This document shows, piece after piece, positions 32,163 through 41,532 of a DNA stretch of 64,000 nucleotides. Made by a program: the position numbers and the translations under genes. Positions within the stretch are counted from its first letter, which is position 1, and every line of letters starts with the position of its first letter. Source of the stretch: an uncultured bacterium (lineage in GTDB: Bacteria > Auribacterota > Erginobacteria > Erginobacterales > Erginobacteraceae); assembly GCA_963822585.1 (NCBI GenBank), contig CAWGIE010000007.1:209647-273646 (forward strand). Reading direction: 5' to 3'. Under the pieces are notes generated by a model that was not told where the DNA came from, did not search any database, and saw only the letters and a list, made by a program, of their open reading frames with translations.

Positions 32163-34039
32163 GACCTTACTCGAAAAGCTACTTTCAAGAAACAGCAAAC
32201 CGAAGAATAATAGCATAATCGGGGGAGAAAAGGCATAGTAAAAATGCCGCAATGTGCTACAATTAGCCAACTACCGCAAAATAGGAGGCTGAATATGCAA
32301 GCACACGCGGCACATCATAATCTACCATCTCCCCACCTCCAGGGCAACCTATTTTTGCCGGTTCCCGACAGCGATTTCAGCGCTTTTCTGCAACAAAGCG
32401 AAGAATTAGTCAGATTTGCCCCTGAAATCCTGGCTGAAATCGATCGGGATTTGGATCAACGCGGGATAGGAAAGAAAATAAAGCGTTTTGCAGATAAACG
32501 GCATATGGAGGAGTTGACATCCGAATTGTCTGGCATACGGTTGGATGATTACAGTGTCAACGATTATGAGTACCAGCTTGAAGTAGGCCACCCCCGGATG
32601 CCGGCTTACCTGGTGTATATATTTTTGCAGATACGGGGCTATCTGGGTTCGGCAACCAACAGGGAGGCGGTAACCTTTATTCTGGAATCAATGTCGCTAT
32701 ATTCTTTCCTGCAGAGTCGAGGTTATAAGATGCCGGCACCAAACACGATCCTGGAGAACACCAATGCGGTTACGAACCGGACCCGGGAGTTGATCCTGGA
32801 AAAGCAGATTGCCTTGATCCGGGAAGAAGGACTGGATGATTTTATAAAGACGACTTTCGATTCGACTCAGGTGGAGGCGAACTCCGCCTGGCCCACCGAC
32901 TCAAGGATCTTGACGGGTTTGGTAACGCGAGCGCACAAGTTGGGCCAGTTGCTGGAGAATTTTCAACTGCCGAATTTTTCGGTGTGGTGGATGCGGCAAT
33001 GGCTGAAAAAGATGCGGAGATTGGATCTGGAGATTAATCTGGCGTCAACCAAGTCCCGAATGAAAAACCGGAGAAAGAAGATACGGCAGTATTATCGTCG
33101 TCTGTTCGGTTTTGGCCGCCAGGCAATTGCTTATCTGGACGAGGAGTTGACGAAGTTGGAGGACACCTACCAGCCGTACGATTTTATCCTTCCCAGCCAG
33201 AGGCAGAGGCTGGAAAATTTATTGCAACAAATCCGTGAAGATATCGAGGATGCCGGGCGAGTGGTCGCCTATGCCGAAGAGCGTGTCTTCGCAGGCAAAG
33301 TCGTAAGTTCTCGGGATAAGATATTGAGTTTAGCGGATAAATCGGCGGCTTATATCGAGAAGGGCGGCCGGGAAGCAGTGATCGGTTACAAGCCGCAGAT
33401 TGCCAGGAGCGGGGAGGGATTTATTGTTGGACTGATCGTCAGGGAGGGGAATCCAGCAGACAAGTCTGAGTTATTGCCTTTGTTTGACGAGGTGGTCGGA
33501 CGGACGGGGATAGTCCCGGAGGTGGTCAGTGCGGATGACGGTTATGCGTTTGGGGATGCCCGGGACACTATCCTTGAGCGGGGAGTGAAGGTAATGAGTT
33601 TGAGCGGATCGCGGGGGAAGAGAATAATCGGGGATAGAGATTGGGAGAGCGATGGATACCGGGAAGCCCGACGGATGCGATCGGCAGTTGAATCCCTGAT
33701 GTTCGTCTTGAAGCACTGTTTTGAATTTGGACGTTTGGGCCGGCGGGGTCTGGAGGCGGTGCGCGCGGAGTTGCTGGAGAAGGCCATAGCCTACAATACC
33801 TGCCGGATTACATATTTGAAGAGGAGGGCAGAACAAGAGATTGTAAGTCAGGCCGCTTAAACAGCGGCCGCAAATAATTGTCAGAGAGAAAACACGGGAG
33901 GAGTGTTTCCGCGCTCAGTCCGGAAGAAGCAAATGGGCGATAAATCAGGCAGCAGATAGCACAGAAAACGCAAAATTCGGTGCTCTTGCCGGTTGAGGGA
34001 GAACAAGGGGGTGTGGCGGGGGGCTTTTCGAGTAAGGTC
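32163..34039 (+). mobile_element. IS5/ISNCY-like IS, copy 2
   Basis: Same element at a 1883-bp period. Confidence 0.9.
32244..33860 (+). CDS. DDE transposase, copy 2
   Basis: Protein identical to copy 1. Confidence 0.9.
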   Translation: MPQCATISQLPQNRRLNMQAHAAHHNLPSPHLQGNLFLPVPDSDFSAFLQQSEELVRFAPEILAEIDRDLDQRGIGKKIKRFADKRHMEELTSELSGIRLDDYSVNDYEYQLEVGHPRMPAYLVYIFLQIRGYLGSATNREAVTFILESMSLYSFLQSRGYKMPAPNTILENTNAVTNRTRELILEKQIALIREEGLDDFIKTTFDSTQVEANSAWPTDSRILTGLVTRAHKLGQLLENFQLPNFSVWWMRQWLKKMRRLDLEINLASTKSRMKNRRKKIRQYYRRLFGFGRQAIAYLDEELTKLEDTYQPYDFILPSQRQRLENLLQQIREDIEDAGRVVAYAEERVFAGKVVSSRDKILSLADKSAAYIEKGGREAVIGYKPQIARSGEGFIVGLIVREGNPADKSELLPLFDEVVGRTGIVPEVVSADDGYAFGDARDTILERGVKVMSLSGSRGKRIIGDRDWESDGYREARRMRSAVESLMFVLKHCFEFGRLGRRGLEAVRAELLEKAIAYNTCRITYLKRRAEQEIVSQAA

Positions 34040-34045
34040 TAGCTA

Positions 34046-35922
34046 GACCTTACTCGAAAAGCTACTTTCAAGAAACAGCAAACCGAAGAATAATAGCATA
34101 ATCGGGGGAGAAAAGGCATAGTAAAAATGCCGCAATGTGCTACAATTAGCCAACTACCGCAAAATAGGAGGCTGAATATGCAAGCACACGCGGCACATCA
34201 TAATCTACCATCTCCCCACCTCCAGGGCAACCTATTTTTGCCGGTTCCCGACAGCGATTTCAGCGCTTTTCTGCAACAAAGCGAAGAATTAGTCAGATTT
34301 GCCCCTGAAATCCTGGCTGAAATCGATCGGGATTTGGATCAACGCGGGATAGGAAAGAAAATAAAGCGTTTTGCAGATAAACGGCATATGGAGGAGTTGA
34401 CATCCGAATTGTCTGGCATACGGTTGGATGATTACAGTGTCAACGATTATGAGTACCAGCTTGAAGTAGGCCACCCCCGGATGCCGGCTTACCTGGTGTA
34501 TATATTTTTGCAGATACGGGGCTATCTGGGTTCGGCAACCAACAGGGAGGCGGTAACCTTTATTCTGGAATCAATGTCGCTATATTCTTTCCTGCAGAGT
34601 CGAGGTTATAAGATGCCGGCACCAAACACGATCCTGGAGAACACCAATGCGGTTACGAACCGGACCCGGGAGTTGATCCTGGAAAAGCAGATTGCCTTGA
34701 TCCGGGAAGAAGGACTGGATGATTTTATAAAGACGACTTTCGATTCGACTCAGGTGGAGGCGAACTCCGCCTGGCCCACCGACTCAAGGATCTTGACGGG
34801 TTTGGTAACGCGAGCGCACAAGTTGGGCCAGTTGCTGGAGAATTTTCAACTGCCGAATTTTTCGGTGTGGTGGATGCGGCAATGGCTGAAAAAGATGCGG
34901 AGATTGGATCTGGAGATTAATCTGGCGTCAACCAAGTCCCGAATGAAAAACCGGAGAAAGAAGATACGGCAGTATTATCGTCGTCTGTTCGGTTTTGGCC
35001 GCCAGGCAATTGCTTATCTGGACGAGGAGTTGACGAAGTTGGAGGACACCTACCAGCCGTACGATTTTATCCTTCCCAGCCAGAGGCAGAGGCTGGAAAA
35101 TTTATTGCAACAAATCCGTGAAGATATCGAGGATGCCGGGCGAGTGGTCGCCTATGCCGAAGAGCGTGTCTTCGCAGGCAAAGTCGTAAGTTCTCGGGAT
35201 AAGATATTGAGTTTAGCGGATAAATCGGCGGCTTATATCGAGAAGGGCGGCCGGGAAGCAGTGATCGGTTACAAGCCGCAGATTGCCAGGAGCGGGGAGG
35301 GATTTATTGTTGGACTGATCGTCAGGGAGGGGAATCCAGCAGACAAGTCTGAGTTATTGCCTTTGTTTGACGAGGTGGTCGGACGGACGGGGATAGTCCC
35401 GGAGGTGGTCAGTGCGGATGACGGTTATGCGTTTGGGGATGCCCGGGACACTATCCTTGAGCGGGGAGTGAAGGTAATGAGTTTGAGCGGATCGCGGGGG
35501 AAGAGAATAATCGGGGATAGAGATTGGGAGAGCGATGGATACCGGGAAGCCCGACGGATGCGATCGGCAGTTGAATCCCTGATGTTCGTCTTGAAGCACT
35601 GTTTTGAATTTGGACGTTTGGGCCGGCGGGGTCTGGAGGCGGTGCGCGCGGAGTTGCTGGAGAAGGCCATAGCCTACAATACCTGCCGGATTACATATTT
35701 GAAGAGGAGGGCAGAACAAGAGATTGTAAGTCAGGCCGCTTAAACAGCGGCCGCAAATAATTGTCAGAGAGAAAACACGGGAGGAGTGTTTCCGCGCTCA
35801 GTCCGGAAGAAGCAAATGGGCGATAAATCAGGCAGCAGATAGCACAGAAAACGCAAAATTCGGTGCTCTTGCCGGTTGAGGGAGAACAAGGGGGTGTGGC
35901 GGGGGGCTTTTCGAGTAAGGTC
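34046..35922 (+). mobile_element. IS5/ISNCY-like IS, copy 3
   Basis: Same element; followed by TAGCTA-AC, restoring the attC R''. Confidence 0.9.
34127..35743 (+). CDS. DDE transposase, copy 3
   Basis: Protein identical to copy 1. Confidence 0.9.
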   Translation: MPQCATISQLPQNRRLNMQAHAAHHNLPSPHLQGNLFLPVPDSDFSAFLQQSEELVRFAPEILAEIDRDLDQRGIGKKIKRFADKRHMEELTSELSGIRLDDYSVNDYEYQLEVGHPRMPAYLVYIFLQIRGYLGSATNREAVTFILESMSLYSFLQSRGYKMPAPNTILENTNAVTNRTRELILEKQIALIREEGLDDFIKTTFDSTQVEANSAWPTDSRILTGLVTRAHKLGQLLENFQLPNFSVWWMRQWLKKMRRLDLEINLASTKSRMKNRRKKIRQYYRRLFGFGRQAIAYLDEELTKLEDTYQPYDFILPSQRQRLENLLQQIREDIEDAGRVVAYAEERVFAGKVVSSRDKILSLADKSAAYIEKGGREAVIGYKPQIARSGEGFIVGLIVREGNPADKSELLPLFDEVVGRTGIVPEVVSADDGYAFGDARDTILERGVKVMSLSGSRGKRIIGDRDWESDGYREARRMRSAVESLMFVLKHCFEFGRLGRRGLEAVRAELLEKAIAYNTCRITYLKRRAEQEIVSQAA

Positions 35923-35923
35923 T

Positions 35924-36050
35924 AGCTAACGAGGCGCTCCAGCCGACCCCTTACCGTAGTGCGGCTGTGGAGTCGGATTGATTGGTCGGGAGTATTATTG
36001 TTATCAATATTTTTCGGTTGTAATCGGGGCAGCTGAGCTCGGCGTTAAGC
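35924..36050 (+). repeat. attC (divergent long type)
   Basis: AGCTAAC-GAGGC-GCTCCAG...CTGAGC-TCGGC-GTTAAGC; R'' complements GTTAGCT at 29607. Confidence 0.85.
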
Positions 36051-36063
36051 TAGGAGATAAAAT

Positions 36064-36612
36064 ATGAGAAATGTATATTTAACTTTTATCTCTCTAATAC
36101 TTGCGATTTCATTTCAATATAAAATAGCCACAGCTGACATTGTTATTCCATACAAGAATCTTGATGAGGCTATAATTAAGGCTGATGTAATTGGTATAAT
36201 TTGTGTTCATAACACTCTACCACCAAAACATGATGAGATCGTCAGCATAGACACGAATTGTGAAGCTAGCATAGTAAAGTGCTTGAAAGGAGATCTGCCA
36301 GAAGATGAGGTCATTACTATTCGTCTGCGTCCAAGCATTATGATTAATACTTCATGTAGTACTGATATTAAACATTTCCGCAACTTAAATTGCTGTAATT
36401 ACCAGTTAGTTTTTCTAATCAAACATCCTTCGTGGAACTATTTCGGTTGGTATTTAGAAATTTCATCAAACTTCGATCAAAATAAAATAAAAAACATGCC
36501 TTTAAAAGAAGCAATAAAAATATTATTAGAAGATTTTGTCGTAGAAGTTAAATCTGAAGTCAATGATCTAGCGATTACGTATAAAGAGATTTTAAATAGT
36601 CTTAGTGAATAG
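36064..36612 (+). CDS. Cassette: exported hypothetical protein
   Basis: AGGAG SD, signal peptide. Confidence 0.75.
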   Translation: MRNVYLTFISLILAISFQYKIATADIVIPYKNLDEAIIKADVIGIICVHNTLPPKHDEIVSIDTNCEASIVKCLKGDLPEDEVITIRLRPSIMINTSCSTDIKHFRNLNCCNYQLVFLIKHPSWNYFGWYLEISSNFDQNKIKNMPLKEAIKILLEDFVVEVKSEVNDLAITYKEILNSLSE

Positions 36613-36678
36613 CTTAACAAATCGCTCCACTCGACCGTGTCCGCTTCGCGGCCACGGCGAGTGAGCTTTTCGTTAGCA
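36612..36678 (+). repeat. attC (short type)
   Basis: GCTTAAC...GTTAGCA. Confidence 0.9.
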
Positions 36679-37082
36679 TGAACAAGAATGAGAAAAAGCT
36701 CCTTGTTCGTTTAATTATTTGGATTATTGTTGTATCCGTCTTCTCATTACCTCGGTTCTATCCACCCCGGACTCCATTTATTACAAAGAATTTCTTTGGC
36801 ATGGCTTTAATTCCTATTGGAGCTTTACTATTCGCTTGTCCAAATATTCATTGGCGTTGGTTCCTTTATTATGGGTTAATTGGAGCTGTCCCATTCGTAT
36901 TATCCTCCTATGAAATCTCTTCAATAAATTTCTATCTTTCCTGCAAAGTCGGTAAATACCCCAATGTTTTTAAATTGTTTTTCCCTTGTATCCTACCACT
37001 CATCATTATTCCGCCGCTTACTTTGGGAGCAGTCTTCCTACGAAATAAATTGTCGAATTTTACTATAAGAAAAACATGCTAA
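36678..37082 (+). CDS. Cassette: membrane protein
   Basis: Four hydrophobic segments; stop inside R'' TGCTAAC. Confidence 0.75.
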   Translation: MNKNEKKLLVRLIIWIIVVSVFSLPRFYPPRTPFITKNFFGMALIPIGALLFACPNIHWRWFLYYGLIGAVPFVLSSYEISSINFYLSCKVGKYPNVFKLFFPCILPLIIIPPLTLGAVFLRNKLSNFTIRKTC

Positions 37083-37289
37083 CCCTTATAAGGCCTCCGG
37101 ACGTCAATAGAGAAAAATAGACAAAAACCTCCTGTCGCGGAAAAAGCGTCATCCACGTTTATTTTTCCGGCTGCCTCAAAAAGCAACGACCATCCTGACT
37201 TGATTTCTCAAACGCAGCTGGCTGCGGGACATGCCCGCTCCAAACCCCTATCGAGGCTCAATCATCCGATTCGCTGAATATTTTTGCGC

Positions 37290-37648
37290 CGGACGACTGC
37301 GGATCTGATTTATTCATCTCCGCGACCTAGAAATATTACCTGGCCCTCATACCGCCCTATTCAAACCGCGGGTTCTGCGCCGGAGGCGCACATCCAGTTA
37401 GTTCCGGGGTCGGGTGAGGGGCAGGACATGTCGGTACTCCTTGATGCTTCCGTTATGTTGAGGGAGGGAGACGGACCTCCAATCCAACCGATAGGCTCCC
37501 GGGCATTGGCGCGTGGTCTCATCCGTGGTCTTCGCCACATACAATGCACCTGTATCTTTCAGAGACCTCATGAGCGCTCGCCCTCTACGGTCCAGTTAGG
37601 AATTAGGTTCGTCCGTCCCCTCCCTCTGCGCCCCGACAACGTCGGGGT
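37290..37648 (-). ncRNA. Putative bridge/seek RNA region in the 3' non-coding end of the IS
   Basis: ~560 nt non-coding end downstream of the transposase; long-range complementarity GAGGGAGGGAGACGGAC/GTCCGTCCCCTCCCTC; CTAACTGG twice on the minus strand; boundaries approximate. Confidence 0.5.
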
Positions 37649-38692
37649 TCATGACGCGTAAAACTTCTCCCGGTCAAATGGTTCTCCCCGTTGCAACATG
37701 AAGTAGACCGCTCTTCCCAGACGTGCCCCTATAATCGACAACGCTTTTCCTTTCCCGTGTTTCTTCTCCAGGCGTTTAAGATATTGTTTCCCTCGGGGAT
37801 TTCCCCGAAGGAACAATGCCGTCGCCTCCGAGAACGCCCACTTGAGATGGACATTCCCGATCTTTCCCCCGCCGAATCCTTGAATCTTGCCGGCCGAGCC
37901 CCGGGCGCACTTCACCAGCCGGGCGTAGGAAGAAAATTTCTGGACCCGGGGAAAGCGTTTTATGTCTTCGATCTCATACAGGATTGTCGTCGCCAGGATC
38001 GGCCCGATTCCATCGACGCTTTGCAGTAGATAATAACCGTGGGCATTGTGAATCTTCACCATCCGGTCGATGTAGTTCTCCAGGTCCTTGATCACCAGAT
38101 CGAAGTAGTCGAGCAGTTGGAGGTCCGCTTCCACGTTCTTGCGGACCGCCGGGACCGGAAAGTGCTCGGCTTCCCCCTCCCGGTTCTTCTTCCGGTCAAG
38201 CCTTCTCCCGATCGGCTCAAGGTTGTATTGGCTGTTGGTATTCTGGATGTGGGCTAAAAGCTCCGCCCGACGCCGCACAAAATAGCTCCTCCGCCGCCGC
38301 AGGTCCCGGTCAGCCCGCATCTTCCGGGGATAGACGTACGCGATTGGAAACATCCCCCCCTTAATCAACCGGACGATCTTCTCGGAATCGACTTTATCGT
38401 TCTTTGCTTTCCCCCCGTGAATAGCTTTCATGTAGAGAGCGTGCCCCAGGATAAAAGGGATTCCCTTCTCCGTGCAGAGATCGGCCAGCCAGTACCAGAG
38501 GAAGACGCATTCGACCCCGACAACAATATCTTCTCTATAGGGCTCGATCACCTTCATGAAAGTCTCTCGGTCCGTCGGGATGTTTTTGTGGGCCAGAATA
38601 TCCCCCTCCTGATCGATGACGCAGAGATACATTGACCTTGCATGCAGATCCACCCCGCAGTAAAATTTATGTCGCTGGGTGTAGAATCTCAT
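37649..38692 (-). CDS. IS110 family DEDD transposase/recombinase
   Basis: GVDLHA, VGVE, KNDKVD, GIGPILA, GSAGK, GNVHLK; AGGAGG SD before ATG 38692. Confidence 0.93.
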   Translation of the reverse strand: MRFYTQRHKFYCGVDLHARSMYLCVIDQEGDILAHKNIPTDRETFMKVIEPYREDIVVGVECVFLWYWLADLCTEKGIPFILGHALYMKAIHGGKAKNDKVDSEKIVRLIKGGMFPIAYVYPRKMRADRDLRRRRSYFVRRRAELLAHIQNTNSQYNLEPIGRRLDRKKNREGEAEHFPVPAVRKNVEADLQLLDYFDLVIKDLENYIDRMVKIHNAHGYYLLQSVDGIGPILATTILYEIEDIKRFPRVQKFSSYARLVKCARGSAGKIQGFGGGKIGNVHLKWAFSEATALFLRGNPRGKQYLKRLEKKHGKGKALSIIGARLGRAVYFMLQRGEPFDREKFYAS

Positions 38693-38789
38693 CGGCCTCC
38701 TCCTTTCCCCGCTTGTCGGGGGTTGAGGTTTAACGGTTCTCTTCATCATACCAATAGGCATGATAAAGGAGGAGGCCTTAAACAGTATC

Positions 38790-38911
38790 CAGTCGCTCAA
38801 GCAGACCGGAAGGGCTGATGCTACTGTCGAACATTTTCTCTTCGGCGACGTTTTCCGGGGTAGCAAAGTTTTTTAGTCGTCCCCTTCCAGCAGCTTAGCT
38901 CTACGATAAGC
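38790..38911 (+). repeat. attC (long type), right part after IS110 insertion
   Basis: CAGTC-GCTCAAGCAGACCGG...CTTAGC-TCTAC-GATAAGC. Confidence 0.85.
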
Positions 38912-39122
38912 GGCGAACGCGCCGCGGAAGAAATAAAGAAAAGAAAGACAAAGATAAATCGGGTGGGCAAACGGTGGCATTTTAAACCTTCGCCGCTTAT
39001 CGGGGAGCTGAGCTTCGCTCTCCCGGGTGAACAGGCGGCGCTGCCGCCTATCCACCCGCTCGAGTTGTCCCGCCTGAAGGGTCCGCTCCGCGTCCCCTCA
39101 CGGCGGGCAACTCAGCTCCCCG
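38905..39122 (+). mobile_element. Gene-less cassette family A, copy 1
   Basis: GATAAGCGGCGAA...TTCGCCGCTTATCGGGGAGCTGAG...own attC GCCTATC (39046)...CTCAGCTCCCCG. Confidence 0.85.
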
Positions 39123-39139
39123 TTAGAACATAAGATAAT

Positions 39140-39523
39140 ATGACTCCTACCGAATCATTACATAAAGCTATCTCTCAGTTTGAAGGTGTAGCTTGGTCTA
39201 ATTTTGGAGACCCCGAGCCTGATCGGAATGATGAAAAAGGATGGTCTCCAGGATGGGTCAAATTTGGGGTCAAAAAGAATGAACTTGGTTGGAGAACATT
39301 AGAATTTTTTGCTTGGGCTTTCGAAGATTTGATTAAAGCAAAGTATCATATGTTCTTCTTCCCTTCTTCTCCCCCACCTTACCTTAACGAACCTGGAGAA
39401 TGTCTTTCATTTATTGTCGAATGCTATATTGATTCCCCAGATGATGAACAAAATATTGAGGAAATGGCACAGCATCTCAACAAATGGTTTGTTACTCAAT
39501 GGCCTTCATGCAAACCAAAGTAA
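39140..39523 (+). CDS. Cassette: hypothetical protein
   Basis: Fills the cassette GTTAGAA..TTCTAAC. Confidence 0.75.
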   Translation: MTPTESLHKAISQFEGVAWSNFGDPEPDRNDEKGWSPGWVKFGVKKNELGWRTLEFFAWAFEDLIKAKYHMFFFPSSPPPYLNEPGECLSFIVECYIDSPDDEQNIEEMAQHLNKWFVTQWPSCKPK

Positions 39524-39524
39524 G

Positions 39525-39591
39525 TTCTAACCATTCGCTCCACTCGACCGTGTCCGCTTTGCGGCCCCGGCGAGTGAGCTCTACGATAAGC
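39525..39591 (+). repeat. attC (short type)
   Basis: TTCTAAC...GTGAGC-TCTAC-GATAAGC. Confidence 0.85.
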
Positions 39592-39803
39592 GGCGAACGC
39601 GCCGCGGAAGAAAAAAAGAAAAGAAAGACAAAGATAAATCGGGTGGGCAAACGGTGGAATTTTTAACCCTTCGCCGCTTATCGGGGAGCTGAGCTTCGCT
39701 CTCCCGGGTGAACAGGCGGCGCTGCCGCCTATCCACCCGCTCGAGTTGTCCCGCCTGAAGGGTCCGCTTCGCGTCCCCTCACGGCGCGCAACTCAGCTCC
39801 CCG
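39585..39803 (+). mobile_element. Gene-less cassette family A, copy 2
   Basis: Near-identical to copy 1. Confidence 0.85.
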
Positions 39804-39814
39804 TTAGCCCAGCA

Positions 39815-40207
39815 ATGAAAAAATGGATTAAAATTTCATTTCTTTGTATTTTTCTCATTGCAACATTGATTGCCTGCTACTTCGGCTATTTGCTTTACCA
39901 ATTTTCAAGTCCACCAAAAATTACGATAATCAATAATTCCAACAGTGTACTCCAAAACTTAATCGTTAGTGGTTCAGGGTTTTCAAAAGAAATCAAATCT
40001 CTTGAGCCGAGAACATCAACCGTAATCAAAGTAACCCCTCCTGGTGAATCTGGTTTAAAAATCAAGTTTAAAGCAAATTTTCGCGAGTTCGAGAAAGATG
40101 ATTTAGCTTACATAGAAAGTTCAGGAGGCTATTTAGTTACAATAACCATCTCTGATAATTTCAAAATTACAGCTAAACCTACCTTCAGGAAAAACTGGTT
40201 TTTCTAA
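39815..40207 (+). CDS. Cassette: membrane-anchored hypothetical protein
   Basis: ATG 39815 (MKKWIK), N-terminal TM segment. Confidence 0.75.
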   Translation: MKKWIKISFLCIFLIATLIACYFGYLLYQFSSPPKITIINNSNSVLQNLIVSGSGFSKEIKSLEPRTSTVIKVTPPGESGLKIKFKANFREFEKDDLAYIESSGGYLVTITISDNFKITAKPTFRKNWFF

Positions 40208-40212
40208 ACAGG

Positions 40213-40341
40213 GGCTAACCATTCGCTCAAGCAGACCGGAAGGGCTGATGCTACTTTCAAACATATTATCTTTTTCAGTGTTTTTCGGGGTAGAATGGTT
40301 TTTTAGTCGGCCCCTTCCGGCCGCTTAGCTCTACGTTATGT
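40213..40341 (+). repeat. attC (long type)
   Basis: GGCTAAC...GTTATGT. Confidence 0.9.
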
Positions 40342-40358
40342 TTTAAAGGAAATTCTCA

Positions 40359-40841
40359 ATGAGATTTAAAAAGCTCACAATAGCAGTAGTCTATATCCTC
40401 ATAGGAATAATAATTGGATCGTTTGGAACCATGTCATGGGTTGGAATTAAAATGGCCAAAACCTTTCTCTTCCTTAAAGAAGTTGAATTGGGGAAATCCG
40501 GTTCTATGGCATGGGAAAGATATAACTCTGGAAATCCATCAATAGCTATATGGGCTTTACAGCAACACCTTAAAAATCTTGGGGAATGGTCAAAGATTAT
40601 GGAAGACCCAGAAATTGATTGGCCTTATAAAGACAATATTGAAATAGAATTGATTATTACACATGGGAGATTGGCGAAGTTATACAAAGATACTGGCCAA
40701 ACAGAGGGAAAAGAAGTTCATCTTAAAGAAGCATTATCTATTTCACAATCCTCGGATAAACCGGCGTTTAATTGCCTTTCCAATGAAGCATTGCTTTTCG
40801 ATAAGGTAGCTGTTTTCGATAAATATTTATATCCACGATAA
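40359..40841 (+). CDS. Cassette: membrane-anchored hypothetical protein
   Basis: AAGGA SD; N-terminal TM segment. Confidence 0.75.
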   Translation: MRFKKLTIAVVYILIGIIIGSFGTMSWVGIKMAKTFLFLKEVELGKSGSMAWERYNSGNPSIAIWALQQHLKNLGEWSKIMEDPEIDWPYKDNIEIELIITHGRLAKLYKDTGQTEGKEVHLKEALSISQSSDKPAFNCLSNEALLFDKVAVFDKYLYPR

Positions 40842-40844
40842 AAA

Positions 40845-40916
40845 ACATAACCATTCGCTCCACCCGACTTTTGACCGCCATGCGGCGGCCAAAAGCGAGT
40901 GAGCTCTACGTTGGGC
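40845..40916 (+). repeat. attC (short type)
   Basis: ACATAAC...GTTGGGC. Confidence 0.9.
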
Positions 40917-40928
40917 AATAAAAAAATA

Positions 40929-41432
40929 ATGTCTAATTCCTCAAATAACAAATTTTCACTCATTATTTCATTATTAATATTGATCAATCTTTCATGTTCC
41001 AGCCCTGCTGGAGAAAAAATGGTTATTTCTCTCACTATAGATCAAGGAGGAGCCAAACAAGCACAATTGATAGAACGGATTAAAGAATACTATACGTATT
41101 TTGAAAACAAAGACTGGGGTGAAATGTATGAACTGCTTTATTTGAAACTACAAACAACACTCCCTGATGCTAAGTCAAAATTCATTGAAGGAATGCAAAC
41201 TAAAATCATGTATGGCAAGGTCAGATGGGGATTTGACTCTATAGAATTAAAAGAAATAATCATGCGGGATAATAAAGCTTTTGTTGAAATCGAATATTCA
41301 TTGACTGACAAATGGCATAGGAAACCTTCCCCAAAAGAAACATGGTGGGATGAGTGGATATTTATTGATGGAAAATGGATGATAGAACATTTTATGAGCG
41401 GTGGAAGAAGACCTGACCACTGGCCAAATTGA
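40929..41432 (+). CDS. Cassette: lipoprotein, possibly NTF2-like fold
   Basis: NLSC lipobox; YY.YF..KDW..MY and DGKW.I pattern. Confidence 0.7.
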   Translation: MSNSSNNKFSLIISLLILINLSCSSPAGEKMVISLTIDQGGAKQAQLIERIKEYYTYFENKDWGEMYELLYLKLQTTLPDAKSKFIEGMQTKIMYGKVRWGFDSIELKEIIMRDNKAFVEIEYSLTDKWHRKPSPKETWWDEWIFIDGKWMIEHFMSGGRRPDHWPN

Positions 41433-41440
41433 TAAAATTT

Positions 41441-41509
41441 GCCCAACCACACGCTACAGCAGACCGAAAACCGCTTTGCGGCTTTCGGCTGCTGAGCTCG
41501 GCGTTAGGA
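41441..41509 (+). repeat. attC (short variant)
   Basis: GCCCAAC...GCTACAG...CTGAGC...GTTAGGA. Confidence 0.88.
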
Positions 41510-41532
41510 ATAAAAAAAGAGAGGATATCACC

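Larger units (their letters stand above)
37084..38789 (-). mobile_element. IS110-family (IS1111-type) element inserted in an attC
   Basis: Splits TGCTAAC|CAGTCGCTCAAG; sub-terminal IRs TAAGGCCTCC 37089 and GGAGGCCTTA 38771; only a CC core shared with the target. Confidence 0.88.

Noticed and set aside
38693..38866. 405-aa IS110 ORF start at 38866
   Set aside because: It extends outside the IS into attC; ATG 38692 has a strong SD.
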